In this document: positions 61,852 to 64,000 of the stretch, piece after piece
Position numbering within the stretch: the first letter of the stretch is position 1
Layout of the letters: every line of letters starts with the position of its first letter
Source: Sphyrna mokarran
Taxonomy: Eukaryota
DNA: 64,000 nucleotides
NCBI GenBank assembly: GCA_024679065.1
Contig: JAGIQG010000040.1
Location: 11,966,001 to 12,030,000 of the forward strand
Reading direction: 5' to 3'
Notes under the pieces: model-generated
What the model was told of the DNA's origin: nothing
Seen by the model: the letters and a program-made list of their open reading frames with translations, nothing else
Database searches by the model: none
Program-made: the position numbers and the translations under genes

Positions 61852-64000
61852 CTGTATTTTACTTATTTATGTCAGATTATTAAAGGCTCCCCCAGCGTTA
61901 CCCCCGTTAATAACCGTTATCCGAGGCCACATTTCAGACCGGGAAACAAACCCATCAATGATTCTCTTTCCCCCGGCTCCACAGTGAGTGAGACAGGGAG
62001 AAGCAGCAGGATTATATCCCGCAGTCTCCAATCGCCAGCAGAAAGCGGCGACTGCAGCTTCAATCAGCGGGTTACTGCCCATCCCTGGGACACAAGCTCC
62101 ACCCCCGTTCAAACCTCCCCATACACCCAACACAAGCTCAGCAAAACGCAGATAGATTATATCCGGCTCACTGAACCTTTGAGTAACATTTACACAACCC
62201 CCGAGTGATTCACAAATAAAATTCACACCAATTTTCCAAAACGTTTCAGTGATAAATTCCTCCATTTGTTTGAAAAGCTGAGAGTTTTGAATCTGGAAAT
62301 GAGCACCATTGGATTTGTGTTATCCAGTGACTTGTTTCCCACGGTTAGTCTCAGGTTTGTAATTCCATTTGTGTTGTATGTGGAAGAGAGAGTGTCCGGG
62401 ATGCACAGGTCCTTCATTATGTCAGCATTGATGATCTGTTTCAATTGTCACTCAGGAAAGGAAGATACTTTGCGCTCATCAAATGATGAAAAAAAACCTA
62501 AGTTTCTCTCATATTGAAAGTAAATCTGTTCGAATCAGCTGAATGAGGTTCACAAGTTTACTTCAGTGCTAAAAATGTCACGTGTGCAACAGTTCAACAA
62601 CAAACTCAGAAAGAAAAGGCCAGTGAGAGGCTGCAAAGTGCTGATGATAAAAATGGTCATTCAGGGTAAAATCTGGTTAAAAAAAACAGGTTTAACCATT
62701 TATACTTGCGCTGAGTTATGAAACTTTTACCTCATGGTGCAATGCAAATCATTTGGAAATATTCCTTTTCAGTTTCAAACCGTCAGGAGCAAAAGTGATA
62801 ACTTTAGTGGAGTGTCTGTTGTATGTTGTCATTACTTCAGCCAAACCACTGGTGTTGAACAAGAAGGTGCCATTTTGCAGGAGAATCTTGTCTGTGGCGA
62901 AAGAGGCCTGGCATGAAACTTCAAATAACAAAAGGAGCTTGGGTAAAGCTAATTGCAAAGCAAGCTGTAGTTCCATTTGAGTTGTATGTGGAACGAGAGT
63001 GTCCGGGATGCACTCATGAACTCATTGCTCAGATCAAAACCCTGAAGTGAATATCAGTCATTTTCTTTTTGAACACATAAATCTTAGTCCCGCCTCATAT
63101 GTTGTCCTTTTAGAAATGGAGATCCTGAACAAATTCAGCAGGATTTTTTCTTGTCATTTCTGGCAGGAGATGGGGAAGAAGAGGTGATTATTCACCGTGT
63201 AACTGGTACCGGCACTTCATGGCAGCTCATTGTGTTCCTGAGTGGATGTGATTTGTGTTTGTTACACAGTTCATGATTATCTGATCCAGTGAAGGAGCGG
63301 GCTGAAGGCACCTATAGCCTTTCCCAGTTCCGCAGTTTTTAATAAATTTCAGGAAAATATATCAGTAAATAACATGAGTGTGATACATTTTAACGTGGTG
63401 GCCAAACACTCTAAAGTGCAGTGTTAAAATTCTGCAGCAGTGGTGTTCAAAACATATCGCTGCCAAAATGCATTTGAATTCTTGTGCTTCCAGCTGAAGT
63501 CCAACAACTCAGATTGAATACAGAAGCGTTTGTGGTGTTGTTTCGCGCAGAAATAAAGAGAAGTGACAGTGCAAGTGTGAACAGTTGTTGTTGTGAAGGA
63601 GCTTCTGTGGAAGGGCTGAAGTTGCCACGGTAGAGAGCACACACGAAAACACAGGCGGAATGAGCAAAAGGATCACAAACATTGAGTCTGTATTCCCGGC
63701 CAAGGGGTTAAATTGACGGATTGGGATTTTCTAACTGAAGTACAAATCCTGGCATGTATGCTTCCCATCCCTCTTCATTGCGACTGCGTTTTTAGTGAAA
63801 TTTATTTGAAATGAAACAATGAATATACAGATAATCAACTCTCTCTCTTCAGTTTCCCTGAGGGTCTGGTGATCAGGATTCAACACAGTGATTCGGGGTA
63901 TGATTCCCATTCACGGAGTGAATAAATTTTTGTTAAATTCTTCACTTAATGAAAACATGCCTCACACCTTCTGTGAAGGGAGAAACAAGGTTAATCTTCA

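Noticed and set aside
63509-63703. Minus-strand ORF with a signal-peptide-like stretch (MFVILLLIPPVFSCVLST)
   Set aside because: No recognisable domain or supporting exon structure within the window.

Overview
Cartilaginous-fish (elasmobranch-like) genomic DNA, rich in decayed CR1/L2 LINEs, SINEs and Penelope-like elements, with one 222-N assembly gap. The centrepiece (16.6-35.1 kb, + strand) is a self-contained, apparently intact, doubly rearranging antigen-receptor mini-cluster. Its order is: leader; IgNAR-type V with a 22-bp-spacer RSS; one D with 12/12 RSSs; J1 with a 23-RSS; leaderless TCR-delta-type 'supporting' V with a 23-RSS; J2 with a 12-RSS; its own TCR-delta-like C1 exon; Cys-bearing connecting-peptide exon; TM exon with the TCR alpha/delta Arg/Lys motif. 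All splice junctions are phase 1 and in frame. This is a NAR-TCR-like receptor, but it is built as a single stand-alone cluster with private J and C and no D for the second V, rather than as a cassette in a TCR alpha/delta translocon. No other TCR segments are seen in the window. It lies among tRNA gene arrays (partly mirrored as an inverted duplication at the two ends of the window), truncated C2H2 zinc-finger arrays and GPR139/142-like GPCR genes or pseudogenes. Smaller oddities include a tRNA-Leu disrupted by a locally templated inverted 40-bp insertion, anticodon-switched tRNA copies, and palindromic Penelope-like insertions carrying hammerhead-like cores. All coordinates were counted by hand, and repeat boundaries are approximate.
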